A stretch of DNA of 64,000 nucleotides from Octopus bimaculoides. Taxonomy: Eukaryota. How positions within the stretch are numbered: the first letter of the stretch is position 1; each line of letters opens with the position of its first letter. The stretch is from contig NC_068988.1 in the NCBI RefSeq assembly GCF_001194135.2, positions 94,074,991-94,138,990 of the forward strand, read 5' to 3'. Below the pieces are notes generated by a model. That model was not told the origin of the DNA. It did not search any database and saw nothing but the letters and a program-made list of their open reading frames with translations. This document shows, piece after piece, positions 24,829 through 38,141 of this stretch. Both the position numbers and the translations under genes were made by a program.

Positions 24829-25132
24829 GTGAAGGCGCGTGACTAAGTGGTTAGTGTATTCGGCTGACGATTGTAAAGTCGTGCGTTCAATTCCCGGCCA
24901 CGCGTTGTGTCCTAGAGCAAGACACTTTATTACCATTGCTCCAGTGCACTCAGTTGGCAAAATTGAGTAGTACTTGTATTCGAACGTGTAGCCCTTGTCA
25001 CATTCTGTGTTACGCTGAGACTCTCACGCGTGTCGTGGAGTGCTCAGCCACTTGCACGTTAATTTCATGAACAGGCTGTTCCGTTGATCGGATCAACTGG
25101 AACCCCCGTCGTCGTCACCGACGGAGTACCAG
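24829..25132 (+). mobile_element. S3 SINE, tail type 1
   Basis: Colinear with 7217-7521. Confidence 0.9.
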
Positions 25133-26547
25133 TGCTATGTCAGTGGAACTTCTATTTTTGTGCTTTAGAGCAGGACTGGTAGAGCAACCGTATCTGTAAT
25201 AAATAGGTTTGTCATTCCCAGATCGTGTATGTTTGACAAATGAAACACAATCCTTCTTTAGTCTTTTAGACTTTTTTTTTAACCTTAGAACAACTAGGAG
25301 CCAACTGAGGGGAAGATGCATTCTTCCAGGAAACCAAACAGGTCACGATGATGACGATTATTATGATGATGACGGTTTATAAATGCGTAAAAATATCTCT
25401 CATGATACCTTGAAATTCTTTCACGAGAAAAAGAGTCTTTAAAACTCATACGCAAAGCACAAAGAACATCTTCTACCCGAGAGTATTGTTACATGAAAAT
25501 ATTTCCTGTTTGTATCTATTTAGCCCATTGCAAAACTATGATAGGCCATCCGTATTGAATGCAATTGTAAACAAACATCGTCCATAGTTTTCTTCTGTTT
25601 CCAGTGACTTCTTGTTTTCCTGAAAAGAACTTTTATCAGTATTACCACATTATCATTTCTCAATTTGACCTTAAAATATTCTTTAAATGTTTAATTCTGA
25701 AAGTTGTGTTGTTTTTGTAAACCATTTTACTTTACAACTCCACTTGCAATTGAAACATGTCTCGTTTCATTTTACCAATTCTAGCAAAATTTCGAGTGTT
25801 TTCTTTTTTCTCCTTATTCATATGAGTTGGAATTCTACCTTTGCCGAAGGTTACGCGCGTGTAGTTTGGCTTTCTACATCCATGGCTACAAGAAGCGTAC
25901 GCATATGTCAGGCACTGACACCTTTAATGTTTGTATATGTGTATTTTAATATGTAAGTTTATATTTTTGCATGCAAGACAGATTGAATTATGAGATATTA
26001 CATATATGTGTGTGAATGTGGGTGAGTGTGTGTATGTGAGTGAGTGTGTGTGTGTCTTTGCGTATATATGTGTGTATGAATATGCTTTTATGCATATACG
26101 CACGTATGTATGTTCGTTTAGCTTGTGTCTGTATGTGGATGTATCTGGATTAATGCGGGAATTAATACAGTGTTATAAAAACAATTCGTTTCTTTGAAAA
26201 CTGTATCAGCATAGGCTGTTCGAAAAATTATAGAACAAAACCTACAGAAAAGCGTGAAAATTGTCTGTCTTGTCTTAATCAATCTCCAGGAAAAAAGATA
26301 ATAAAAGCAATCAGAGAGAATAGCCGTCGTGAAAAAGAAAATAATTCTTTGTTGATGTTTCTTAAATATGTAATCCTGCAGATGTGAAATCAGTCATGCC
26401 ATGTTGGGTGCCATGAAGATTTTGGAAGCTTTCTCAGAAAAGAGGAAAAAAATGATTACAACTTTTATGATTCGATAGAGAAGGGTTAGGAAGACAGAAA
26501 TTTCATGGGAGAAATTTAGATTAACGACTTATGCTTCTGTCAAGTTT

Positions 26548-26609
<62 letters not shown>

Positions 26610-27156
26610 TGTGAAGTTGTGGCTTAAAACAAAGTAAAAGAGAGTAGAGAGAAATATAGTGAAATGTGAAAGGGGAAGTCGATGTGTTAAACAAACAGGT
26701 GGAAAAGTAAAGACAGTGTCAAGAATAAGAGAGAGAGAGAGAGAGAGTGTGTGGAGAGAGAGAGAGAGAAAGTCAGGGAGGGAAGGAGGGACATGGATGG
26801 GAGGGAGAGAAAGAGTGAATTACAGGGTGGTGGTAATAATAAGAACTAACGAGTACCAAAGGATGAAATAAAACGTCAATACAAGAAAGTAGTGAAAAAC
26901 GGAGATAACGTTGAAAGAAGATGATGAAATGAACGCTGAAGGTCTTGGTGATGACACCACCACCACCACCACCAGCAACAACAACAACAACAATAATAAT
27001 AAAAACAACAGTCGCGGCAACATCGACAAAATTAAAAGCAAAACGTAAAAGTAAAAATATCAAAATAGTGGCTGGAGCAGGAATCATAATCTACACATCG
27101 ACCAACGTAAGAAAGGTATGAAACAAGCGAATTAAAAGAAAATTCTGTTACCAGCC

Positions 27157-27192
<36 letters not shown>

Positions 27193-27517
27193 ACAACAAT
27201 AACAACAACAACAAACAGCAGCAGCAACAGTAACAATAACAGCAACTTTCGAAACAACGAAACCTCCGACCATTTTGTCAACTTTAACAAACACAGCCAT
27301 CACAAACGCTGTCGGAACAACAACCTTAATAATAACAAGGCTGGCACGTTTGGCATCAGCAACAGCAATTCTCATATAAACTTGATCATAATAACCGACC
27401 ATGGTAACACTAACATAAGCAGCAAGTATTTTAAGAGGAGTCATTGCAACTGCAACAGTCTTACAGCAACACAAAATCATAGCGATCACAAAAACAATTA
27501 TAGCAATCACAACAACA

Positions 27518-28005
27518 ATCGTAGCAATCAAACAATCATAGCAATCAAAAAAGCAATCGTAGCAATCAAACAATCATAGCAATCAAACAATCATAGCAAT
27601 CAAAACAGCAATCGTAGCAATCAAACAATCATAGCAATCAAAACAGCAATCGTAGCAATCAAACAATCATAGCAATCAAAACAGCAATCGTAGCAATCAA
27701 ACGATCATAGCAATCAAAACAGCAATCGTAGCAATCAAACAATCATAGCAATTAANNNNNNNNNNNNNNNNNNNNTAGCAATCAAACAATCATAGCAATC
27801 AAAACAGCAATCGTAGCAATCAAACAATCATAGCAATCAAAACAGCAATCGTAGCAATCAAACGATCATAGCAATCAAAACAGCAATCGTAGCAATCAAA
27901 CAATCATAGCAATTAAAACAATAATCGTAGCAATCAAACGATCATAGCAATCAAAACAGTAATCGTAGCAATCAAACAATCATAGCAATTAAAACAACAA
28001 TCAAA
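27518..28005. repeat. 38-bp minisatellite (AGCAATCAAAACAGCAATCGTAGCAATCAAACAATCAT)n with a 20-N gap
   Basis: About a dozen near-identical units are readable directly. Confidence 0.92.
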
Positions 28006-28283
28006 ATGATCGCAAAAAGCATCGCTGTCACAAAAACAAACAGTGCAATTTTTTCAATTTGGCAGCAAAATCAAATAATTGTTTCTAACATCGATACAAA
28101 TACGGACGGAAGGGAAGAGTCGAATTTAAAGACCCTAATATATAGCTGGTACTTTAGTTTACTCAACCTGCAATCACGAAAGACAGATCCTGCTCCAACA
28201 GCATTTAATTTCAAAAAATTAAGGAGGTGGGACTGAAGTATGGTATCTTGTCCGAAACAGCAACAACAACAACAATAATAATA

Positions 28284-29128
28284 GAAGAATTATGCAAAAG
28301 GAAGAAGTACAAAAAGGAAATGAAGAAGAATTACTCGAGGAGGGAATACACAATCAATTCCCTGTAACCACGACTGAAGTTGCTGGGGAAAATAGGTGGG
28401 ATTGGCTGATGAAAGGAACCCTAAAAAAAGAAACCGAGAGCACTATACTGGCAGCGCAGGACCAAGTTCAGGACACGGACTGGAGGGTCAACCTGAGGAA
28501 GGAGCAAGTATCTCTGCTGTACCGCATCTGCAATAGAGTGGATGAAACCATTGCCCATATCACGTGCGAAGGCTCTAGACTTGCCCCAAACCACTTCTAG
28601 TTGTGACAAAACGAATACGTAGCGAAAGTGCTACATTGGAAACTGTGCGAAATGTGAGGGCTAGAGAGAAGCAAGACATGTTATCAGCACAAACCGCAGA
28701 GAGTGGCGGAGTCGGAGACTGGCAAAATCCTCTGAGATTTTCCAATCCAAACAGATCAGGTGCTAAAGGATAACAGACCGGACCTAGTGGTGGTTGACAA
28801 GATGCACCACATATGCTATATAGTTGATGTTGCATGCCCCTTTGACCCACGAATATTCATGAAGGAAGATGAAAAAGCAGATACAACCCTCTTAAGTACG
28901 AAATAGCTCGGTTATGGAAAATGAACAAGGTGAAGATAACTGAGCTCCACCTGCAAGATCTTGCGCTGTTTATCTTGATATGAGATCACCATGCCGCGCA
29001 CATATGGTTGTGAAGCATGTGCCTGGTGTACCCTTATCAGACGGGTAGTCATGACGGGTACATTGGACTTTATATATTTGTACCCCAGTGTCACTTTGAT
29101 GGCATGCATTGCTCTTTCACTCACTCAT
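28284..29128 (+). mobile_element. 5'-truncated R4/Dong-like non-LTR retrotransposon (RLE type), decayed
   Basis: Translates WDWLMKGTLKKETESTILAAQDQ, a zinc-knuckle remnant RICNRVDETIAHITC, VAKVLHWKLCE, DFPIQTDQ, NRPDLVVVDK (PD at 28778) and IVDVACPFD, matching the C-terminal CCHC plus restriction-like endonuclease of R4-clade elements. The 3' UTR ends in (AAC)n/(AAT)n. Confidence 0.88.
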
Positions 29129-29129
29129 T

Positions 29130-29189
<60 letters not shown>

Positions 29190-30022
29190 AATAATAATAA
29201 TAATAATAATAATAGCAATAATAATAATAATAACAATGACATTTGTATCAGAAATACGATAATATTATACTTAATTATAGAAGAAAAGGCAACACCAGCC
29301 TCATTGCGAAATACGGCAATAAAAAAGAAACCATAGCAAGAACCACAACAAGCTGCAATGATAATCAAATACAAAAACAATGAGGATAATAAAAATAATA
29401 ACAACAATAATAATAGAGATACAACAACAACAACGACATCAATAACAAACCTAAGCGTAACAGCTATCACGAGGGTAATCATAACGTATTATCTTTAGAA
29501 AAAGAAAAGAAAATTAAATATAGTAGCAGCAACAACCAACATGCGCCACTAAAGCACGGATAACAACACAAAGCCTCGAAATAATCACAATGACGTTAGC
29601 AACAAAGACGACAGCAATAGCAACAATAAAATCAAATAACAACAAAAGTCACTACAATATCGGCAAAAGTATGAGAATTGGTGAGAAAAATAACCCGAAA
29701 GGTGACGGACGGGGAATGAAATTGTGAATAAACATAGCCAAGATGGCACAGTTTGTGGTTAAATAATGTGGATATGTGTGTATGTATGTGCGTGTGTACG
29801 TGTGTGTGTGTGTGCGTCGGTTGGACGACACAAGGATTTTTGTCTGTTTACAGACTGGGTAAAATGTGGGTGAGGAAGTTGAGAAAACTCCAGAAATGGT
29901 TGCATGGTCATGCCCGCTGCTGGCGGGAATATTGTCAGTGTAAGGGGAAGTGGGGGACTTGATCACATCTCAAATAAGTTCTGAAGATGTCTTGACAAAG
30001 CTGTATCGAGGTTGCACCACGA

Positions 30023-30058
<36 letters not shown>

Positions 30059-30288
30059 ACACACACACACACACACATACACATACATACACACACATAC
30101 ACACACACACACACTCAAACAAATATACACACATACATATATAAATACACACCTACATATGTATATATGTGCATGTGTGAGTGCGTATGTATGTTTGTAT
30201 ATGTGTGTATANNNNNNNNNNNNNNNNNNNNNNNNNNNNNNNNNNNNNNNNNNNNNNNNNNNNNNNATATATATATATATACATATAT

Positions 30289-31140
30289 TATTCCTTTATT
30301 CGTTTCAGTTCAAATGCTGTGGCCATACTGGGGCGCCACTAGCATTATCAATTTTTCAATTGCATTCTTTTCCGAATACCTTTTGCTGAAGGGAGGAGTT
30401 CGATACAGCTGCCCTCTTTCAAGTTCCTTGCCCTGACGTAGGTTCATCTGGGCTTGAAAATATCTGCTCCTACTCCATGTAGACCTCTCTGTTGCTTTTG
30501 CAAGATATTTAAAATTCGTGGGCCTTCGAACCCCAATCTATTGAAATACCTGTTCCTCACCCTGAATGGGATAGGTGGGACCGTTGGAATAGTGTAGTGA
30601 CGTCCTGTTCGGAGGCTTGTGTAACTCTTGACGTCAATATTTGGTGCCAACCCCTCTAGGAACTTCCAGATGTATATCCCTACATATCTCTCCCATCTTA
30701 GCTGCAGGAAGTGAACCCGTAGTTCTTTCACTCTATCCCAGTAGCTCAGCTGTCCCACTGATGCAATCTACCTGGTGTAGCGCCGATGATCTGCTTCTTG
30801 TTCCGCTATTAATCCGACACTATGAGGTGACCATAGTTGAGAGCAGTAGCCCAGACGGCTGAGTATAAATGTCCTCCAAAGAACCAGTATCGTTTCCTGC
30901 TTCCTTGTTCTGAAGGTTCTCAGATTCCATTCGGCCATTCGCCTGCACATTGCTACCATATTAATATGTAAATAAAACGAGGCCCCTTTACTAAGTTCAG
31001 TCCCCAGGTCACGCACGATGCTTGATTCTGGGATTGCGAATCCTTTTGATCCAAAGTATCATTGTTGTGTCATGAAAATGCAAGTTGCCTATTAGCAGGG
31101 AACAAGGAATCTTCCTGAATTAAATTGCATGTAGTTTTCT
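30289..31140 (-). mobile_element. CR1/L2-group LINE, 3' part including the 3' terminus, decayed
   Basis: Translates ENYMQFNSGRF, RDLG, LRTFRTR, LGYCSQLWSP, LSYWDRVKEL, RWERY and IWKFLEGLAPN, typical of the post-RT region of CR1/L2-group LINEs. Confidence 0.88.
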
Positions 31141-31149
31141 TTAGTTCAT

Positions 31150-31560
31150 TTATGTATGGCATCAAGTACATTTAGTACAAATATCTATTACGAAAAGAGC
31201 ATCGTCTCTGTACAGACGGTATTTGTGGGAATGAGGATTTGATGTGGAGTATATAAATTTCTACGATATCCGTGACCTGAACTGAGTACCTTGAACCCAT
31301 TGGTATATCGAAGAAATTCGTTCTAGCGGATCTCGTCCATAGTTTGTTGTAATTAATGATGGTTTCTCGTGCTGTTAGCATTATGTCTACATCTGGCATA
31401 GATAAGCTACAACTTTTCATTGCAAATATGAGTGCTTTATTGAGTATTATAGGGTTAGCTTTCATATATATATATCTTAGTAATAACAATAATCCTTGGA
31501 TGGAATTTATAAGCATTTAATGCATCACTACATGCGTTTCCCCAAATCACATGTCCCTTA
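31150..31560 (-). pseudogene. Penelope-like retroelement RT core fragment
   Basis: ILNKALIFA...FFDIPMGS...DIVEIYIL followed after a frameshift by RLYRDDAL (YRDD codons at 31212-31201). This matches the FDV-x-MGS...GLYRDDGL pattern of PLE RTs. Confidence 0.8.
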
Positions 31561-31741
31561 AGATCGCAGTCCGTATCCTGGGATGGTTACAGTGTAATCT
31601 GTAGTGTCCGTGGGCATCGCGTTGATCATCTTTGTGGATTCATTTCCTCAGGCGATCTAACGTTAATAGAGGTTTCCCTTTTCACCAGTGTGAAGTTTGG
31701 ATGAGTTATGTCGGTCTATCTGTGTGCATTTGGTATTTGCC

Positions 31742-32191
31742 CTTTTTTTCAGGTTTTCCCTGGATGTCACGACATCCAGAGTTTCTTGTAGGAATAAGTT
31801 GCATACCTGTGATGTTCTACTGGTCTGTTATAAGAAAATGCTGCATGATGAAACGGAACATCGATATTACTATCATCACCGAGCTTTCTACTAACATATC
31901 CATGCTCATATAGGCTTCTGCTCATACAGACTCATCTTTTCATCTGATGATACGCTGCAGTAGATTCGTGCAACTTCTTTGGGCATTGTATTCTAGGTTA
32001 TCAGAGTGTTGCTCAAGGAGCTGCCTTCCAAGTCTAATGATATTATGAGCCTCGTGTATGCAAACTTGGTCAAGGAATGCGGTGGTCTGTTATAAAAAAT
32101 GCTGCACGATGCAACGGAACATCACGGCTGTGCAACTTACTCCTACAGGAAACCCTGGCAATCATGACATCCAGGGAAAACCCGATAAAAA
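31742..32191. repeat. Inverted plus direct repeat module upstream of the PLE RT
   Basis: 31749-31817 and 32117-32185 are inverted copies (about 80% identical by eye). 31821-31862 and 32083-32123 are direct copies. Confidence 0.85.
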
Positions 32192-32194
32192 GTT

Positions 32195-32363
32195 TCGGGA
32201 GAGAAGGTAAGTCGATTACATCGACCCCAGTGTTTAACTGATACATTTTTTCTATCGATGAAACGCAAAGCCAGCCTCGGCAGAATTTGAACTCAGAACG
32301 TAACGAGACGATTTGCCGCTAAGAACTTTACCCGCTGTGCAAACGGTTTTTGCAGCTCGTGCC
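32195..32363 (-). mobile_element. S1 SINE, diverged
   Basis: AAGTCGATTACATCGACCCCAGTG...TTTGAACTCAGAACGTAAC. Confidence 0.8.
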
Positions 32364-32424
32364 TATACGATAATTTATGCACAATAATTATGTATCTAGG
32401 ACAACTACAGTAACAAGATTACCT

Positions 32425-32830
32425 TAAAGCACACACACACACACACGCACACACACACAAACACACACGCACATACACGCACTTACACACGTACGCACAC
32501 GCACGCACACACATATACATAGATGCACACACATGCACACACGCGCACTCAACACACCACGCACACACGTACACACACACACATATAAAAAAACACACGC
32601 ACAACGCACACACATATACATACACATACATAGACGCACACACACACACACGTACACAAACATACATATGCACATACATGCACACACTTACACACGCGCG
32701 CGCACACGTACCACGCACACATCCACACACCACACACACGCACACACATAGACACACGCGCACACAACACACTACACTCATAGACACACGCATACAACAA
32801 CCACACACACACGCACACGCACACATCGAC
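32425..32830. repeat. Degenerate (CA)n-derived region
   Basis: Direct reading. Confidence 0.9.
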
Positions 32831-33240
32831 GTGCATGATCATACGCGGACAATATTGGAGCCGGTTTGAGGTAATCTAGTCTTTGGATGCTGTCAGTTTT
32901 CATTACTTTATGTACTTCTCTCATTATTCGTTGTAATTCTTATGGTTATTTACATCATCAACAACAATAACAAGAAGAAATACAGTTAATCCAACAATAA
33001 GCAAACTGTAGCTGTAGCAGCAGGAAAAAAAAAATTATGACAAGATCCAAAAATAACAACAACAAGAGATGAGGCTCCGAGAGCAAGCATTCAATCAGCA
33101 AATGATTTATATAGCAACAGAGAAGGGAACTTGAGAGAGAGGTAGACTCACTAACAGGAAATGACAGAGAGGAAGCGAAGACAGAAAGTGGAAAATAGAG
33201 AGAGAAAGACTAAGATACATAGAGGTATGTGGGGAGAGAA

Positions 33241-33294
<54 letters not shown>

Positions 33295-33774
33295 CAATAG
33301 AGAACGAGATGTAAAGAGAAAATGGACGGGCAAAAATATGTAGCATTAAACAGAGAAATTGAAAGACGCAAAAGCAGCCAATAAGACAAGAAGAAAAGAC
33401 GAGCATATACGCACATACACACATGTATACAGGCACACACATCCATGCACTTACTCACACACACATACGTAGGGATGAGAGAGAGAGAGATGTGTGTGTG
33501 TGTGTAAGACAAGCCGCATAATTATGTGAAATCTTTCTGCATGTGGAATCATATTTAATGTTTGCATCATATGCATATGCTGCAAGTTGTTTTGCTGAAG
33601 AAAAATTATATTTAGTGTTAATCACGAATAAAGACGATCAAATTCGAGAGTAGTATCGAAACCTGATTTTTTTTTCCTTCTTTATCATTGGATGATGGTA
33701 ATACAATCGCAATTAAGCACTTTCAAAAAGTATACGTATATTTTTGAAAACAATTCATTTTTTTTCTTTTTGTA

Positions 33775-34085
33775 GTTTCAGCTCAGAGCTGTGGCCATGC
33801 TGGGGCACCGCCGTTTTGCTACACTGTTATTACTGAGAGCCTCCTCTAATATGTGGCACTTGGTGAACAATGGAATTTGATACCGCTACCCTTGTTTGCA
33901 TCTCTTGCCGTGAGATAGGTTCATCTGGGACTCTCAACAGGAAGAGGTCCAGTTTTCATATGAAAACACTAACATCCAATTTGTGTAGGTTCCTCGGGCT
34001 CTTTGGGAGAATATTAAAAAGCTGTGGGCTCCTGAAACCCAGGCTATTGCATTAACTGGTCCTGAAGAGCGATGGCATTACTGGG
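33775..34085 (-). mobile_element. CR1/L2-group LINE 3' end
   Basis: Translates NSLGFRSPQLFNILPKS...KLDLFLLRVPDEP, colinear with the end of the 30289-31140 copy, followed by the tail GGCGGTGCCCCAGCATGGCCACAGCTCTGAGCTGAAAC. Confidence 0.85.
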
Positions 34086-35157
34086 CTGAATTTTTCATAT
34101 CTACCGCGCATGTGCGGTTTTCTTATCGGCAGCAAATACAAAAAATGCCGAAAAATTATAACATATAAGCACGAGGCATGTTTCTATGTATTGCCTCGTA
34201 TTTATGTGTTAATCTTGGCTCTCCTGCTGATGATAGCTGGCCTAGCAAATTATTTTATTTTGCTGAAAATAGCTTGAAACCTTGGTTCAGGATATAGACG
34301 GTAAATGTTTTTATTTTTCATTCCCTTTCGAAATTATCCCTAATTGTGGTTTGGAGTTTGACTGCTCCTTCTAGCGGTTAGAATATATATNNNNNNNNNN
34401 NNNNNNNNNNNNNNNNNNNNNNNNNNNNNNNNNNNNNNNNNNNNNNNNNNNNNNNNNNNNNNNNNNNNNNNNNNNNNNNNNNNNNNNNNNNNNNNNNNNN
34501 NNNNNNNNNNNNNNNNNNNNNNNNNNNNNNNNNNNNNNNNNNNNNNNNNNNNNNNNNNNNNNNNNNNNNNNNNNNNNNNNNNNNNNNNNNNNNNNNNNNN
34601 NNNNNNNNNNNNNNNNNNNNNNNNNNNNNNNNNNNNNNNNNNNNNNNNNNNNNNNNNNNNNNNNNNNNNNNNNNNNNNNNNNNNNNNNNNNNNNNNNNNN
34701 NNNNNNNNNNNNNNNNNNNNNNNNGTATATATATATGTATGGGTATATATATATGTATGGGTATATATATATGTATATATATGTATGTATAAGTATATAT
34801 ATCTAAATGTATATGTGTGTGTGTATACACGTGTACGCATGTATGTGTGGGTGAGGGAGAGTTTATTCACATACACACATATGTGTATATACATACAAGC
34901 ATAAACACAGCCCGCTGATACGACCAGTTAGAGAATCCACACACACACACACGTGAGTAAGGACACGTGTCCCCAAAGGCCGAGATACGTTCCTTTGTGT
35001 GTGGAAGTGCACTTGCATTAAAATTGCACGTGCTTCCGCGTATCTGTTGGGGGTGGGTGTATGTATGTATGCATGTACGTATTCATATATGTAGGTATGT
35101 ATAATCTATCTATCTCTGTATGTATATATGTGTTTGTGTGTGTGTGTATGTGTGTGT

Positions 35158-35193
<36 letters not shown>

Positions 35194-35830
35194 CTGTATG
35201 CAATCACATGTGTATGGGGGTACACATACATAGAAACATATATATTCACATACACATGCATACACATACATATAAATGAGTGTAAATACATGCAAAAATA
35301 TATAGATACACACACACACACATATATATATATGTATATATATATATATGTATATATATATANNNNNNNNNNNNNNNNNNNNNNNNNNNNNNNNNNNNNN
35401 NNNNNNNNNNNNNNNNNNNNNNNNNNNNNNNNNNNNNNNNNNNNNNNNNNNNNNNNNNNNNNNNNNNNNNNNNNNNNNNNNNNNNNNNNNNNNNNNNNNN
35501 NNNNNNNNNNNNNNNNNNNNNNNNNNNNNNNNNNNNNNNNNNNNNNNNNNNNNNNNNNNNNNNNNNNNNNNNNNNNNNNNNNNNNNNNNNNNNNNNNNNN
35601 NNNNNNNNNNNNNNNNNNNNNNNNNNNNNNNNNNNNNNNNNNNNNNNNNNNNNNNNNNNNNNNNNNNNNNNNNNNNNNNNNNNNNNNNNNNNNNNNNNNN
35701 NNNNNNNNNNNNNNNNNNNNNNNNNNNNNNNNNNNNNNNNNNNNNNNNNNNNNNNNNNNNNNNNNNNNNNNNNNNNNNNNNNNNNNNNNNNNNNNNNNNN
35801 NNNNNNNNNNNNNNNNNNNNNNNNNNNNNN

Positions 35831-35871
<41 letters not shown>

Positions 35872-36136
35872 CATACGTATATGCATATGAGTTATTGACG
35901 CTAGAAAGCGCACATGCAATCGCATTTTCGCTGTCTCTGCTGGTATCGCTCCTTATAGTGTGGCTGTATTGCGACTAATATGTCATTCACATACAATAAC
36001 CAATACGCGTCCAAGTGATCGCCTCTGCCGCCCTACAGGAATCATCTCTCAAAAGTACACTAATCATTATATAAACGTATTTATACAAACATTTATATTA
36101 GAAGATATAAGTACAAACGCCGTATATATATACACA

Positions 36137-36190
<54 letters not shown>

Positions 36191-36375
36191 ATATATATAT
36201 ATGTATGTATACACGCACGTATCATCTTTGTATACACATGTATACACACACGTATACGTAAACATACATACATACATTTATCTATGGTGTTTGTGCATAA
36301 AATTAATCACACACTACCAGAACAAAAAGTAAATCTATCAAGTTCTGTCTCTCTCTACGTTCTCCNNNNNNNNNN

Positions 36376-36434
<59 letters not shown>

Positions 36435-37800
36435 AACTCACATACTCTAACCGCGATTGATGAACAGCTAAAAAAATAATATCAAATAAAAACAAAACAA
36501 TCCATTAATAACTGGAGCAAAATGGAGCTTAATGAAAACTCTCCTGCAAAACCACACAATAGCGACAAAAAAAAAACAAGTCCACCAAAACTAGATGTAC
36601 AAATAAATACACAGTGAAAAAATGTAATAGAAATAAGCGAAAATTCGTTTGGTTATGAACTCTTTCTGTCTCTAATCCTCTCCACCTTGCCTTTAACGTT
36701 CTTATATTATTAACACTCTTGGTTTTACTATGAATCTGCCCCCAATATTTTGCGAAGAGTGTGGCTGCATAATATTAAACAGACGACAACTGTCGATTCG
36801 GTCACGGTGATTTCAAGCCATGATATCACTGATTATTTCTTATGATTTCATAAGCACGAATCTAGCGATGGAGTAGTGAGGTAAGAGAGTGAGGGATAGA
36901 GAATAAGAAAGAGAAAGAGTGAGAGAGAGAAAGTGTGTATTTGTGTAAGTTAGAGGGAGAGAGAGAGAGAGAGAAAGAGGGAAAGTGAATACGTGTAAGA
37001 GAGAAATAAAGTTTATTATAGAAGTAGTTCTTACAACGAAGACGTCTTTTTCGTTTCTTTTTTTTCTTCCGGTGAGGGTCCCAAAGAGGCGAGAGAAAAA
37101 TGGAGAAAGTGTGAACTCACTTAGACCTCGCTTACGTTCTGGAAAAACGACAATTTTTCTTTGCTTTTTTCTTTCTATTTGTTCTAGCTTTGCAGTCAAC
37201 ATGGCGGCTACATCTTAGTAATAAGCTGGTGGTGGTGGTGGTGGCGATAGTGACTGTAATAGTGTCGCTAGTAAATGTGGTGGTGGTTGTGGTGGGATGG
37301 TGGGAGGGAGGAGGGTGAAAGCAGAAGAAAAAAAGATAAAAGACCCAGAAGAGATGCGGCTTCATCGTAAACTCTCTTGACATCATCATCGTCATCCTCA
37401 CCGTCACCACCACCACCACCATCACCACTGCCACCACCACCAACACCACCATCATCATCATCGTCATCATCACCATCATTATCAACTGCAATAACATCAA
37501 GCAACGAAATTAACAATAACATCGTCAGCGATTATTGTCATCAATGTCACCATTCTTCTTCTTCTTTCTCCAGATCACCATCATCATCGTCATCATACAC
37601 TCGTGTGATTTAATTCAACGGTTCTTTCTTTCCATTTACCCAATGTGGTACCAGTTATTACCGTAGGTATGTCTGCACGAGTGCTGTTTGTTTGCGTTGA
37701 CAAAATGTTCTAGCTCTGATCTGTAATTGTTATTTTGACATTTACATCTTTCCTTTTAACATTTTCAGCATACCAAAGCATAGACAGAAACATGGAAAGT

Positions 37801-38141
37801 AAAGACCCCCCACCCCCAAGGTCGTTGATGACCATTGGATTGCACCTAGAGAGTTCCCCTCCGAGGCACAGTCCGGGCAAGGTTGTTCTACGGAAGACCA
37901 GCAGTCACCCATGCATACCAGCCTCCCCTCTCCACGCCGCTGATGTTATCCAAGAGAATGGCAAAGGCTGATACAACTTTGCATCAGTGACAACGTCGCA
38001 AATCATTCTTGCAGCTGAGTGAACTTGGACTACATGAAATAAAGTGCCTTGCTCAAGAACACAACACATAACTCTGTCCGGGAATCGGAATGACTACCTC
38101 ATGATTGTGAGCTCACCGCTCTAACCACTGAGCCATACGCC
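37801..38141 (-). mobile_element. S3-headed SINE, tail type 2
   Basis: Same tRNA head and GTGTTCTTGAGCAAGGCACTTTATTTCA core as S3, with an unrelated 3' half (GCATGGGTGACTGCTGGTCTTCC...CTAGGTGCAATCC). Confidence 0.85.

Noticed and set aside
27518-28005. CRISPR-like array
   Set aside because: Units are directly tandem with no unique spacers, there are no cas genes, and the context is eukaryotic.
31945-31975. Plus-strand CTGATGA near the PLE remnant as a hammerhead
   Set aside because: Followed by GATTC instead of GAAAC, and antisense to the PLE RT. Other CTGANGA hits (16118, 29982, 34228, 43408, 49210, 51349, 63743) also lack the GAAA and stem arrangement.
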